60,000 nucleotides of DNA from Felis catus (lineage: Eukaryota), in the NCBI RefSeq assembly GCF_018350175.1, contig NC_058383.1:7814001-7874000 (forward strand). The letters run 5' to 3'. The notes under the pieces were generated by a model. That model searched no databases and had not been told where the DNA came from. It saw nothing but the letters and a program-made list of their open reading frames with translations. Shown one piece after another: positions 1 to 11,783 of this stretch. How positions within the stretch are numbered: the first letter of the stretch is position 1; each line of letters begins with the position of its first letter. A program made the translations under genes and the position numbers.

Positions 1-408
1 GGCTGCCAGAACCCCTGTCTCTCTTCCTGTCCTTAAAGTCTGCTCCTCTGCTCTTCTGTCACAGCCCGGCCCTCAGCCCCATGTGGAACCCCCATCCCGT
101 CCCAGCCTTCCAGTCTCTCCGAACCCAACCCCCACCCTCAACTTGTCTCCCCACTCTGGGAGCCTCCTCCATCTGACTCTCTCTTCACCAAGACGGTTTA
201 CCCTCATTTGGTTACTGCCTCCTTCCCCTCTGACCTGGGCCAGCTCTGTTCCCTTTCTTCCTTCCTCTCTTTTCAGGGAACTCTTTTTTTTTTTTTTTTT
301 TAATTGTGGTAAAATATACATAACATAAAATTTCCCATCTTAATGACTTAAAACTTTTTTTAATGTTTATTCATTTTTTAATAAAATTTTTTAAAAATTT
401 ATTTTTGA

Positions 409-819
409 GGGGCGCCTGGGTGGTTTGGTCGGTTAAGCGTCCGACTTCAGCTCAGGTCATGATCTCACAGTTCGTGAGTTCGAGCCCCGCGTCGGGCTCT
501 GTGCTGACAGCTTGGAGCCTGTTTCGGATTCTGTGTCTCCCTCTCTCTCTGCCCCTCCCCTGTTCATGCTCTGTCTCTCTCTGTCTCAAAAATAAACGTT
601 AAAAAACAAATTTTTTTTTAAATTTATTTTTGAGAGAAAGACAGAGAGACAGAACGTGAGGAGAGGGGCAGAGAGAGAGGGAGACACAGAATCTGAAGCA
701 GGCTCCAGGCTCCGAGCTGTCAGCACAGAGCCCAACACGGGGCTCAAACTCACGAACCCTGAGATCATGACCCAATCCGAAGTCAGACTGTTAACCGACT
801 GAGCCACGCAGGTGCCCCC
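409..819. mobile_element. Nested carnivore SINEs (+ copy 409-618 inserted in the tail of a - copy 620-819)
   Basis: GGGGCGCCTGGGTGG head, (CT)n, AATAAA/A tail; aaatttatttttgag repeated on both sides. Confidence 0.85.
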
Positions 820-974
820 AGAATGTCTTTTTAAAGACTGAGTAATATTCCACTGTATGGATAGATCTCATTGTGTTCATCCACTCATCTGATGAACATT
901 CTCTGGGAGCTCTCGATGCCCCGAGCTCAGGGTGCTGGAAATCACTGCCCTTCCTGACACTGGTTTCTTCTTCG

Positions 975-1183
975 CTCTGAAGTGCCCGTCCAGCAGCAGC
1001 TACAGCCCCTGTGCCAACCCCTGCCCAGCCACCTGCCTCAGCCTGACGGCCCCCAGAGACTGCCCAGCAGCACTGCCCTGTACGGAGGGCTGTGAGTGCC
1101 AGAAAGGTCACATCCTGAGTGGAACCTCCTGTGTGCCCCTCAGCCAGTGCGGCTGCGTCGACCAGGAGGGCTACTACCACCCG
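975..1183 (+). CDS. ZAN: ZAN exon, TIL domain (PLKCPSSSSYSPCANPC...GYYHP)
   Basis: Cys pattern of TIL; donor GTGAGA at 1184; expected acceptor reads ttcg instead of ttcag. Confidence 0.85.
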
Positions 1184-1430
1184 GTGAGAGGCCGGACCGC
1201 AGCGCCACATGTTTGGGGAGCAGGAGGCCTCAGAGCCTGTGAAGGGGTAAGGCGGCGGGGCCAGTGCTAGGGGCTGAGCAGCAAGCCCAGAAGCCCGAAG
1301 GCTGAGAAAGTCTGGGGATGGAGGCAAGCAGCCAAGGGGAGCGAGCCGGAGGGGGCGCCCGGGGTAGAGGGTTCGGTCCAACTCTGGCTTCCAAACCTCC
1401 ATGGGCTCTGCTGACGCCCACATCCCACAG

Positions 1431-1575
1431 GTCGGGGAGAGATGGTACGCGGACCACACCTGTTCCAGGCTCTGCACCTGCTCCACTCGCAACGCCATCT
1501 CCTGCCAGCAGGCCGCCTGCAAGCCTGGCCAGATGTGCTGGCCCCTGGATGGGCTGCTACGCTGCCGGGCTTCAG
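1431..1575 (+). CDS. ZAN: ZAN exon, E/VWC-like (VGERWYADHTC...LLRCRAS)
   Basis: cacag| acceptor, |gtaga donor, 145 nt, phase 0-1. Confidence 0.92.
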
Positions 1576-1994
1576 GTAGAAGGCCCTTGAGCACACAGGA
1601 GGACCCCGGTGTCATTGAGACTGCTGTCCCCAACTCCTCCTCACCCTCTCCCATCATCTGTAGCTCTTGGGCTCCTATGTCCGGGGTCCCAAAGAACTTC
1701 TGACTGGGAATGATGACCCTTGTGCCTTTGGAAAGGGCTCCTCGTGTTCACTCATGGCTGTCCCGGCCGTGAACTTAGATGGGACATTGTGAGTCCCATT
1801 ATGATGCCACATTCTCTGGCAGAATAGCGCCCCTTCCACCCCCAAGCCTCATCCTAGCCTGGCCACCGAGCCTTTATTTCTCTTCTCCCCTCCCTGTGGG
1901 GCCTCCTTCACCTTCAGCTCTCCTCACAGATGGGGAGAGCACTTGTTCTCGGAGAGGCTGGACCACTCCTCAGCAACCCGTCTCTCTCTGCCAG

Positions 1995-2242
1995 GTATGG
2001 GAGTGTGCCGTACCTCAAACCACTCTCAGTACCTGAGCTTCGATGGCACTTACCACACCATCAGGGACACCTGCACTGGTATCCTGGTGAAAGTGTGCCA
2101 CCCCACCATGGACCTGCCTTTCTTCAAGATCAGCGTCAAGTATGGGAAGAAGAGAGGCCAGTCCGCTGTTTCCTACCTCCACCAGGTCAACGTTGACTTC
2201 TTTAATACCCTCATTACCTTGATAAAGGACCACCGTGTGCTG
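1995..2242 (+). CDS. ZAN: ZAN exon, D3 VWD N-part (GMGVCRTSNHSQYLSFDG...HRVL)
   Basis: ccag| and |gtgagc; 248 nt. Confidence 0.92.
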
Positions 2243-2338
2243 GTGAGCTGCGTGGTGTGGGGGGGAAGGGAGGAGGCCAGCTCTGGGGAGGGGGCTCAGG
2301 TCCCTCTTCCCACTCACCTGCCCTGCCCTCCTCTGTAG

Positions 2339-2503
2339 ATCAACGGCACACAGGTCACCTTTCCCTTCGCCACCGAGATCCGAGGGCTCAGAATCAGTAT
2401 TGTTGGCAACAACACCATACTCTATTTTAACACCGGGGTCCAGGTCAAGTTTGATGGCAAAGATTTCTTTGAGGTCCAGCTCCCTGCAGCCTATTACCAA
2501 AAG
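2339..2503 (+). CDS. ZAN: ZAN exon, D3 VWD (INGTQVTFP...GVQVKFDGK...YYQK)
   Basis: tgtag| and |gtgggg; 165 nt in frame. Confidence 0.92.
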
Positions 2504-2664
2504 GTGGGGGAATCCCCTGGCTCTTCTCTAGGGGAGTCTGTCTCAAGAGGGCCAAGCCCTCTCTAGACCCAACTGGTCACTCCCCAGAATGGAGGAGGGC
2601 TGGGAGTGCGCCTGTTTCTTAGGAGTGGAAATGCGGGCCCATGCCATATGAAAAAGTCTCCATT

Positions 2665-2668
2665 TTCT

Positions 2669-2742
<74 letters not shown>

Positions 2743-2798
2743 TTCCTTCCTTCCTTCCTTCCTTCCTTCCTTCCTTCCTTTCCTTCTTTCCTTCTTTC
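2665..2798. repeat. Compound (TTTC)n(TTCC)n microsatellite at the tail of a - strand SINE (2799-2984)
   Basis: Read directly from the sequence. Confidence 0.95.
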
Positions 2799-3036
2799 TG
2801 AGAAAGAAGGAAAGAAAGCAAGTGAGAGCGGGAGGGGGGGTGGGGGCAGAGAGAGGGGCAGACAGAGGATCTGAAGCGGGCTCTGCCCTGGCAGCAGTGA
2901 GCCCAATGCGGGGCTCGAACCCACAAACCATGAGATCGTGACCTGAGCCAAAGTTGGACGCTTAACTGAGCCATCCAGGCACCCAAAAAAAGCCTCTTTT
3001 GCTTCCCTGGTGCCCAGAACCCTTTTGCCCACCCAG

Positions 3037-3161
3037 GTCTGTGGCTTGTGCGGAAACTTCAATGGTGAGGAAGAGGATGAGCTCATGATGCCCAATGACG
3101 AATTAGCCCAGAATGACGCTGAATTTGTGGAGAGTTGGCAAGATAAGGAGTCTCACCCAAA
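3037..3161 (+). CDS. ZAN: ZAN exon, D3 VWD C-part (VCGLCGNFNGEEEDELMMP...)
   Basis: CGLCGNF motif; ccag| and |gtaatt. Confidence 0.93.
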
Positions 3162-3501
3162 GTAATTGTCCCCAAAGCCTCTAACCTTTCATAGGAACAG
3201 GAGTTGGGATCCCGGACTGTGTAGCGTGCCAGGGATAGGAAGACTGGAGTGTGCCTGTATGTGTGCAACTTGACGGGGGATGGCTTCTGGGTCCCCAGAA
3301 CCTATCTGGGGACACATGAGCCTTCCTTTCTTCGCTTCAGAGTGTGGGCAGGGACTGAGGCTTCCGGAAGGTAGCCAGAGCTTGGACCAGCTTCCCGGTG
3401 AAGACAAGACAAGGGGGTCTTCTGAGTCACTTGGGAGGGCCAAGTCATTTTCATAGGTGGGGCAGTGGCTGTCCCTGTAATGACCCTTTTCTCCTCTGCA
3501 G

Positions 3502-3797
3502 TTGCCAAAAAGAGAGCCAGGAGACCCAAGCAATACAGCTGGAGAATCTAAATCTAGGCTGCAGGAGAGATGACCTAGTGAGAGCCCAGAAACAATGCCG
3601 GGCGGCCTTTCAGACTCCGGCCTGGACTGAGTGTGCCACCTACGTGTTCCTCAAGCCCTTCCTGCTCAAGTGCATCCACAACCTCTGTCAGTTTGGAGGC
3701 CTACGCCATGCCCTCTGTGGATCTCTGGAAAACTTCGCAGCCGCCTGCCGGGCCCGGGGGCTCCAGCCCCCAATCTGGAGAAACAGCAGTTTCTGCC
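3502..3797 (+). CDS. ZAN: ZAN exon, C8 domain (CQKESQE...PPIWRNSSFC)
   Basis: tgcag| and |gtgagt; phase 2-1. Confidence 0.92.
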
Positions 3798-4646
3798 GTG
3801 AGTGTCCCCTACGGTCACCCCGGAGCACTCCCACACCTCCTTTCCATCTGCATGTCCCTTAAAGCTCCCTGTCTTCCTTCTGGGCCGTGCCCGACCTGCA
3901 TCTGACCTCGTTGTTCAGCTGTGGCTCCTTTGCGACAAGGCCTCAGCCAATGCCCCTATGACGGGGACAGCACACACGGACCTTGCTTTTCCACACCCCT
4001 CCTTTCCTTTATCCACACCGCTCCCTGAACCTGGAAAGTTCCAGGTTTTAACACCGGGGTCCAGGTCAAGTTTGACGGCAAAGATTCTTCTCGCCTCCTG
4101 GCAGACTCCTAGGCATCCTTCTGTAGTTCTTAACATTATTTTCTTCAAATCAGAATTCACATACCATAATAGTCACCACTTTAAAAATACAATTTGTTGT
4201 TTTCTAGGACATTTACAAGCTCTGCAACCATCATTACCATATAATTCCAGAACCTTTTAAACTTTAAGACAGTGGTTAGTGTGTTTTTAGGATGTGACGC
4301 ATTCACACGGTTCAGGAACTTTTAATGTATTAAAAGATTGCCTGGGGCGTCTGGGTAGCTCAGCCAGAAGTGCGTGCGGCTCTTGATGTCAGGTCATGAG
4401 TTCAAGCCCCATGTTCGGGGTGTGGAAATTACTGAAAGAATAAAAAAAAAAAAAAAAAAGATGGCCAGTGAAGAGTCTCCTTCCCCCCTGACCCCGGGTC
4501 ACAGCCTGACCTTATCAGCATCTGAGTATTTTTCCAAAGATCTTTTACTTATGCCCATAGAAACAAATGCAAATTAATTTTCCTTATTTTTTAAATTTTT
4601 ATTTGTTTTAAAAATAGCATACAAGATCCAGTAGATTGCATTTTAT

Positions 4647-5388
4647 TTTTTTTAACTTTATTTTTTATTTTTTAAAATTTACATCCAAGTTAGTTAGCAT
4701 ATAGTGAAGCAATGATTTCAGGAGTAGATTCCTTAGTGCCCCTTCCCCATTTAGCCCATCTCCCCTCCCACAACCCCTCCAGCAACCCTCAGTTTGTTCT
4801 CCATTTTTATGAGTCTCTTCTGTTTTGTCCCCCTCCCTGTTTTTATATTATTTTTGTTTCCCTTCCCTTATGTTCATCTGTTTTGTCTCTTAAAGTCCTC
4901 ATATGAGTGAAGTCATATGATTTTTGTCTTTCTCTGACTGACTGATTTCACTTAGCATAATACCCTCCAGTTCCATCTGCATAGTTGCAAATGGCAAGAT
5001 TCTTTTTGATTGCCGAGTAATACTCCATTGTATATATAGACCACATTTTTCTCTTTTTTTTTTTAACGTTTATTCATTTTTGAGACAGAGAGAGACAGAA
5101 CATGAACGGGGGAGGGGCAGAGAGAGAGGGAGACACAGAATCGGAAGCAGGCTCCAGGCTCTGAGCCATCAGCCCAGAGCCCGACGCGGGGCTCGAACTC
5201 ACGGACTGCGAGATCATGATCTGAGCTGAATTCAGTCGCCCAACCTACTGAGCCACCCAGGTGCCCCTAGACCACATTTTCTTTATGCATTCATCCATTG
5301 ATGGACATTTGGGCTCTTTCCATATTTTGGCTATTGTTGATAGTGCTGCTATAAACATGGGGGTGCATGTGTCCCTTCGAAACAGCCG
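4647..5388 (-). mobile_element. 5'-truncated carnivore L1 3' end with a nested SINE (5050-5267)
   Basis: L1 3'-end sequence; 16-bp TSD gtagattgcattttat at 4631-4646 and 5389-5404; SINE TSD tagaccacatttt at 5037-5049 and 5268-5280. Confidence 0.85.
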
Positions 5389-5524
5389 GTAGATTGCATT
5401 TTATCTTTCTTGCTTGATAATCTAGCTTGGAGATCCTTTCACATCAGATCTGCTAAGGAGTGCCCTCATTCTCTTTTGCAGCTCTGTGATATCCCATGAT
5501 TACATCATAATTCATTTGTCATAA

Positions 5525-8400
5525 TTTTTATTTGTTTATTTGTTCAGAGAGCATTGCGCAAGTTGGGGAGAGGGGCAGAGGGAGAGAGAGAACCTTTTTA
5601 TTTATTTATTAAAAAAATTTTTTTTATATTTTTATTTATTTTTGAGACAGAGAGAGACAGAGCATGAGCAGGGGAGGGGCAGAGAGAGAAGGAAACACAG
5701 AATCTGAAGCAGGCTCCAGGCTCTGTGCTGTCAGCACTGAGCCCAACGTGGGGCTCAAACTCACAGACTGTGAGATCATGACTTGAAGTCGGACACTTAA
5801 CTCATTGAGCCACCCAGGCGCCCCAGGAGAGAGAGAATCTTAAGTAGACTCCTCACTGCTCAATCCCACGACCCTGGGATCATGACCTGAGCCGAAATCA
5901 AGAGTCAGACTCTCAAATGACTGAGCCAGCCAGGAGCCTCTGTCATAATTTTTTAAATGCTTATTTATTTTTGAAAGAGAGAGAGGGAGGGAGAGAGAGA
6001 GAGAGAGAGAGAACATGAGTGGGGGAAGGACAGAGAGAGAGGGAGGGAGAGAATCCCAAGTAGGCTCCACACCGTCAGTGCAGAGCCCGCCATGGGGCTC
6101 AAACCCATGAACTGTGAGATCATGACTTGAGCCGGAGTCAAGAGCGGGACGCCTAACCGACTGAGCACCACCCCCCGCCCCAGGCGCCCTGTGTCATATA
6201 TTTTTTTTAAGATTTTATTTTCAAGTCATCTCTACACCCAATGTGGGGCTCGAACTCAAAACCCTGAGATCAAGAGTTGCCTGCTCCACAGACAGAGCCC
6301 GCCAGGCGCCCCTTGTTTGTCCCACTTTACTTAACTAGTCTCCTGTTGGCAGACTTTCTAGTTGTCTCCAATTGTTACTGCAGACAGCGCTGCAGTTACG
6401 ATTTTGTATGTACGCGTCTGTCCGTAGGATAAACTGCTGGAGGTGGGATGCTGGATGAAGGACTGTGTGCATTCGTTCTTCTGAGGAATGCTGTCAGTTG
6501 GCTTTCCACAGTGGGTGAGGAGTTTACGTTCCTACCAGCAACATGGGAGAGTGCCCGATTCCCCACAGGCTCGCCAACACAGAGCATTGTCACACTTTCG
6601 GGCCTTTGCCAATCTGATATGTGAAAAATACAAAGAGTCTTAATTTGCATTTTTCCTATGAGTGAGGTTATGCATTCTTCCACGTGTTTGGGAGTTGTTT
6701 GAATTTCCTCTGCTGAGAACTCTGTCTTCATATCCCTTCACCATTTTTTTTCCACTGGCTCGTTGGCTTTTATCAAACTATCTTATGGAGGTCCTTTATC
6801 TATCACAGAGAGTAAGTAGCCCTTTATTAGTGCTATGAGTTACAAACATTTTTCCAGTTTTTTTTTCTTTGACTTTTTTTGTCAGGCAAATAAAAGAGAT
6901 ACATGTATGTGGGGTAGCATATGGTAGTCTTTGTTCTGTGGCTGCTGCATTTGGAGCCATAGTTACAAATGCCTTACAGCTCCAGAGTTAAAAAAGAATT
7001 TGCTCATGGACGCCTGGGTGGCTCAGTCAGTTAAGCGACTGACTTTGGCTCAGGTCATGATCCCAAAGTTTTTGTGGGTTCGAGCCTCCCATCGGGCTCT
7101 GTGCTGATCATGGGAGCTTGATAGGGATTCTCCCTCTCTGTCCCTCTTCCCCTCCCCTGCTTATGCTCTCCTTCTCTCTCTCAAAACAAATAAACAAACT
7201 TAAAAAAATTCATTAAAAAAAAGAAAGAATTTGCTCATGTTTTGCTTCAGCATTTAAAGTTTATTTATTTTGAGAGAGAGAGGGAAAGTGCAAGCAGGGA
7301 AGGGACGGAGAGAGGGAGAGACAGAATCGCAATCAGGCTCCACACTGTCGGTCACACTGTTCGACCCGGGGCTCGAACCCACGAACCATAAGATCATGAC
7401 CTGAGTCAGGAGTGGGACGTTCAACTGACCGAACCACCCGGGTGCCCCTGCTTCAGCATTTTTATGATTTCTTTCTATTTTTTTAAATAAGCTCTACACC
7501 CAATGTAGGGCTACCGACCAAGCCAGCCCAATGGTTTCTTTTTTTATATTACATGTTTGATCCACAGGAATTTTTATTCTGGTACACAGTACGAGATGTG
7601 AATCACATTTGTTTTTATTTTTTCCCCTAGCATCTTAAATGACCTGTCTCTTTTTCCCACTGCCTGAGATGCCATGATTTATTCTATACTAAATTCCTCT
7701 ATGTATCTGGTCCCTATGGGGTCTTCTTTGTCCTTTCCCTGCTGTGTCTTCACTTACTAGTAACCCAGTGTTGTGATCATTGAGAGTTTAAATTGTGTTT
7801 TAATTTCTGGTAGGGACATTCACTACTCACTGCTCTTTCTTTTCTTTCATTTTTTTAAGTTTTCTTGGCTTTGGGGCGCCTGGGTGGCGCAGTCGGTTAA
7901 GCGTCCGACTTCAGCCAGGTCATGATCTCGCGGTCCGGGAGTTCGAGCCCCGCGTCGGGCTCTGGGCTGATGGCTCAGAGCCTGGAGCCTGTTTCCGGTT
8001 CTGTGTCTCCCTCTCTCTCTGCCCCTCCCCCGTTCATGCTCTGTCTCTCTCTGTCCCCAAAATAAATAAACATTGAAAAAAAAATTAAAAAAAAAAAGTT
8101 TTCTTGGCTTTTCTGGTTTGTTCATAGCTTCCTCTCCACTTTAATACCTTCTTGCCCTATTAAAAAAAAACAAAACAGGGGTGCCTGGGTGGCTCAGTTG
8201 GTTAAGCGTCTGACTCTTGGTTTCAGCTCATGTCACGATCTCAGTTTCCTGCATTCCCTGTGTGGGGCTCTGCGCTGACAGCACGGAACCTGCTTGGGAT
8301 TCTCTCTCTCTCTCCCTCTCTCTCTCTGCCCCTCCCTCATCCAGGCTGTCTCTGTCTCTCTCAGAATAAATAAATGGACTTAAGACAACAACAACAATGC
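5525..8400. mobile_element. Cluster of carnivore SINEs and old L1M fragments in the long ZAN intron
   Basis: SINE copies at about 5590-5824(-), 5950-6188(-), 7008-7225(+), 7258-7448(-), 7873-8097(+, 16-bp TSD aagttttcttggcttt), 8177-8380(+); L1M-like 6330-6960. Confidence 0.8.
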
Positions 8401-8759
8401 AAAATCACGCTGGCGTGTTCTATTGGGGTCATGTGAAATGTATAAATTAACTTAGGGACAACTGACTCCTTTATGTTGTAGATTCTTGCTATCCGTGAAC
8501 ATTTCCATTTGATCACGGGTACTTTGCTTAAAGGGCTCCATTTCTCTCCTGCAACAGAGCGAACACCTCCCTGCTCCTGTTGCACACGCACACTTGTCAC
8601 ACACTTACTGACCACACACATCAAAGTCGCTGGGCTGCTGGCTGACCTCTGTCTCCCACACTGAATTGGTGGAAGGGCCGTTTTTACTCCTTTTTTTCCT
8701 TGGGGCCTGGCACAGAGCCCACGCTCAATAAATGTTTACCCCCCCTCCCCCTCCCCCAG

Positions 8760-8974
8760 CTCTGGAATGCCCCATCCACACCCAGTATTCGTCCTGCGTT
8801 CCCTCCTGCTTACCTTCCTGCGTGGACCCATCAGGCCAGTGCAGTGACACCCAAGTCCCCACCATCTGCAAGGAGGGCTGCATTTGTCAGTCCAGCTTCA
8901 TGCTCAGTGGGAAAGAGTGTGTACCCAGGAGTCAGTGTGGCGGCTGCACAGACGACTATGGCAGCTCCTTCCCT
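8760..8974 (+). CDS. ZAN: ZAN exon, TIL (PLECPIHTQYSSC...YGSSFP)
   Basis: ccag| and |gtgagt; TIL Cys pattern. Confidence 0.92.
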
Positions 8975-9400
8975 GTGAGTGGGGACAGGAAGTAGTGGTG
9001 GGGACAACCCCTGGAAGCTGGCATTTTCTCCTTTCCTGGGTCTCTTTGAGCCTGGGGACAGAGCAGGGTGGTATCCAGCCAGGGCTGGGCTGGGGGGGTG
9101 CGGTGGGCATGGTTTGGGTTTTGGATCTGAGGAATCCAAACAGCCGGGATGGGGCGTGGCCTTGGTTTGAATCCTATGGGTACCACTCATGAGTCAGAGG
9201 ACCTCTGTGACCTCAGCGTCCTCATCTGGAAGATGGGTCCAGTAGTACTTCCTGAACAACGTATGTAAGACACCAAGCACGATGCCTCTAGGAGGCGGTA
9301 CCATAACTGCCTCTGGCCTGGGCCAAGTAAGCCATTCAGACTGTGGGCCTAGGCTGGCCCTTCCCTCCTCACGCCCTGGTTCTTCCCGTGGCTTCTCTAG

Positions 9401-9542
9401 GAGGGTAAGACCTGGATCACCATTCGCTGCACCAGAAGGTGTGCCTGCACTTTGGGAACCGTTCACTGCCAGCAGTTCAGCTGCCCCTCTGGCTCCCATT
9501 GTGAGCCCCAATCTGACGGCACGGGCACCTGTGACGTTAACA
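9401..9542 (+). CDS. ZAN: ZAN exon, E/VWC-like (EGKTWITIRCTRRCAC...CDVN)
   Basis: tctag| and |gtaaga; 142 nt. Confidence 0.9.
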
Positions 9543-9926
9543 GTAAGAGGGGCAACTGGGGAGGTGGAGCAAGAGGTGAGGCCAGAAGGGGCTCAGGCTG
9601 GGAAAGTCTGGAGAGGGAAGGGGGCCCAGCACGGGCAGGGGGTGGGCCTGCGGCCTCATTTGGGCTCTCACCTGCTCCGTGGCCTAGCCGTGGCCGCCCC
9701 TGGGATTTGCACTATTTGCACTATTAAGTGCAAACAGAGGGGACGGGACCGAGAGATCTCTCAGGTTTTGTAATGGGGGCTGGGAAAGGAAGAAGGTTGA
9801 AGGTCAAGCATCTAGGGAGCTGGGGGCTCGGAGGGAGGGTGACCAGAGACATCAGGGCCTTAGAAGGATTCTGAGCGTTGTTCTATCCGGGAAGGGTCCC
9901 TTCTGAGTGTCTGTCCTTCTTGGCGG

Positions 9927-10175
9927 CATCAGAGCAATGCTCAGTTTACGGGGACCCCCAATTACCGTACATTTGATGGCCTCAGCTACCTCTTCCGGGG
10001 CCGCATGACTTACACTCTGATAAAGACGGTGGACACACTCCCCACTGGGGTGGCGCCTCTGATCGTCGAGGGGCGCAACAAAGTGTATTTGCCCTGGAGC
10101 CCTGTCTACCTGCACGAAATCATCGTGGTGATCTATGGCTACACAGTCCAGCTCCGGGCTCATCTGGAGCTCGTG
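9927..10175 (+). CDS. ZAN: ZAN exon, D4 VWD N-part, frameshifted (SEQCSVYGDP/NYRTFDG...HLELV)
   Basis: 249 nt versus 248 nt for paralogous exon 1995-2242; extra C in C5 run 9955-9959; acceptor GG; donor gtaag at 10176. Confidence 0.85.
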
Positions 10176-10612
10176 GTAAGAGCCAGGCCGGGCCCGGTGG
10201 GTGTCGGGAGGCGGCCTGGGCCTTGGGAGGCCACCGAAAACAGGCGAAGCCAGGGCTCCGTGTTCTCTGGGAAGTTCTGGCCTGGGCTGCCTGGTTATGG
10301 AAGTCGGAATCAGTGCCACACTCCCCTCATGGGATGAGGCAGAGGAGGGCAGTGGGACTGAGCCAGTGGTCGGAGACAGATAGGGAGAAAGGGAAGGAGA
10401 GAACGTGCGGCGTGAAGGTGGAGCCAGGCTGAAGTAGGACCGGGGGCGTCCGCTCTGCCAAGGAAGAGAGACGCGGGGGAGCAAACCCTACCGGGGTGTC
10501 TCCTTCCATGGAATGACGGCACGGAGATGCCGAGCAGTGCAGAGAGGCAGAGGAGAGGCAGCGGAGGGTCGGGTTGACTCCGGACCACGTGGCTCCCGTC
10601 TGTCTTCTCCAG

Positions 10613-10742
10613 GTCAACAACCAGAAGGTGGACATCCCTTACCAGCCCGATGACCGTCTGCGGGTTAACCTGCGAGGCCATCGCCTGTTTCTGATCACTG
10701 ACTTCGAGATGCTTGTCAGCTTCGACGGAGGCAAAAATGCAG
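10613..10742 (+). CDS. ZAN: ZAN exon, D4 VWD (VNNQKVDIPY...SFDGGKNA)
   Basis: ccag| and |gtacct. Confidence 0.92.
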
Positions 10743-10930
10743 GTACCTGAGAGCGGGGATGGGAGAGCAGGATGGACGTTTCCGGGAGGGGGCCAGGAAA
10801 ACCACGTGGTCCCCAGGCCATGGTGAGGAGGCCCCTGCCCTGGGAGTGGGCCCTGAGCACCTCGGGAGGAGCCTGGAGGGGCAGAGAGGAGGTGGGGAGC
10901 CCTGCTTTCGAACACCCCTTCCTCCCGCAG

Positions 10931-11105
10931 TGATCACGCTGCCCAACAAGTACAAGGGGCTCGTGCGTGGCCTGTGCGGTAACTTTGACGGGAACAAGAG
11001 GAATGACTTCGTGCTGCCCAATGGCACCATCACCCAAGACCTCATCGGCTTTGGCAACAGTTGGGAGATACACAGGATCAGTGGCGGCCTCGCCTGCTTC
11101 GCAAG
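10931..11105 (+). CDS. ZAN: ZAN exon, D4 VWD (VITLPNKYKGLVRGLCGNFDG...)
   Basis: gcag| and |gtgag; GLCGNF motif. Confidence 0.92.
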
Positions 11106-11401
11106 GTGAGAGGGCTGGGCTTCTGAGTGGCCGCAAGGTGACCGGCCCTGGGGGGTGAGCATCAGCCCGGTATCTGTCCACACCCCACTCACCCCGTATC
11201 CTCAGCAGAGGAGGACGCCTGAGGCCGAGAGCCCAGACACACTTGCCTGATCTCGTTCTGTCCCTGCCTCTCAGACCGACTGTGGGCACACCGGCCCTAC
11301 GGATCCCAGGCTGTGCCCATGCCTCCCCACTCTTCCTCCCCAGTTCCAGAGTTCACCATCCTCATGGGCCTCACCTGGCACCCCCTGGGTCTCTGCCCCA
11401 G

Positions 11402-11575
11402 GGCCATACCGGAGGAGGAAGAGGAGGAAGGGGAGGAGTCAGGCTCCGACACTTCGAAATGCACCCCGGAGCAGCTGGCGCTCATCAACAGCACCCAGGC
11501 GTGTAGGGTGCTGGTGGACCCCCAGGGCCCCTTTGCTGCCTGTCACCAGACTGTGGCCCCCGAGCCCTTCCAGGA
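11402..11575 (+). CDS. ZAN: ZAN exon (AIPEEEEE...DPQGPFAACHQTVAPEPFQE)
   Basis: ccag| and |gtgag; start of C8. Confidence 0.92.
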
Positions 11576-11712
11576 GTGAGTTGAGGGCCCAGACCACATG
11601 GGAGTGGCCTTTGTCCGGGTCCTGCTGCCGGTTCTGTGATCCGAGCTTTGTTTGGCTCTTCTTTCTCTTTGTGGCTTCAGTTCCTTGTGATACGCACCCC
11701 CTCCCCCCCCCC

Positions 11713-11743
11713 CCACACACACACACTCACACACACACACACA

Positions 11744-11780
<37 letters not shown>
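11713..11780. repeat. (CA)n microsatellite with CT interruptions
   Basis: Read directly from the sequence. Confidence 0.95.

Positions 11781-11783
<3 letters not shown>

Noticed and set aside
409..500. tRNA-like A/B box sequence
   Set aside because: It is the tRNA-derived head of a carnivore SINE, not a tRNA gene
1995..2050. Absence of the GDPH motif at the start of ZAN D3, and missing cysteines in EGCASLPG (near 12590)
   Set aside because: As I recall, these deviations also occur in other mammalian zonadhesins, so they are not counted as lesions
2543..3095. ORFs with KEGR/KKER or SFFL repeats
   Set aside because: Translations of the (TTTC)/(TTCC) microsatellite and adjacent SINE
3798..8759. 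Possible rodent-like tandem partial D3 (TIL-E) exon expansion in the long ZAN intron
   Set aside because: No extra Cys-rich exons seen; the intron is filled with SINE and L1 sequence
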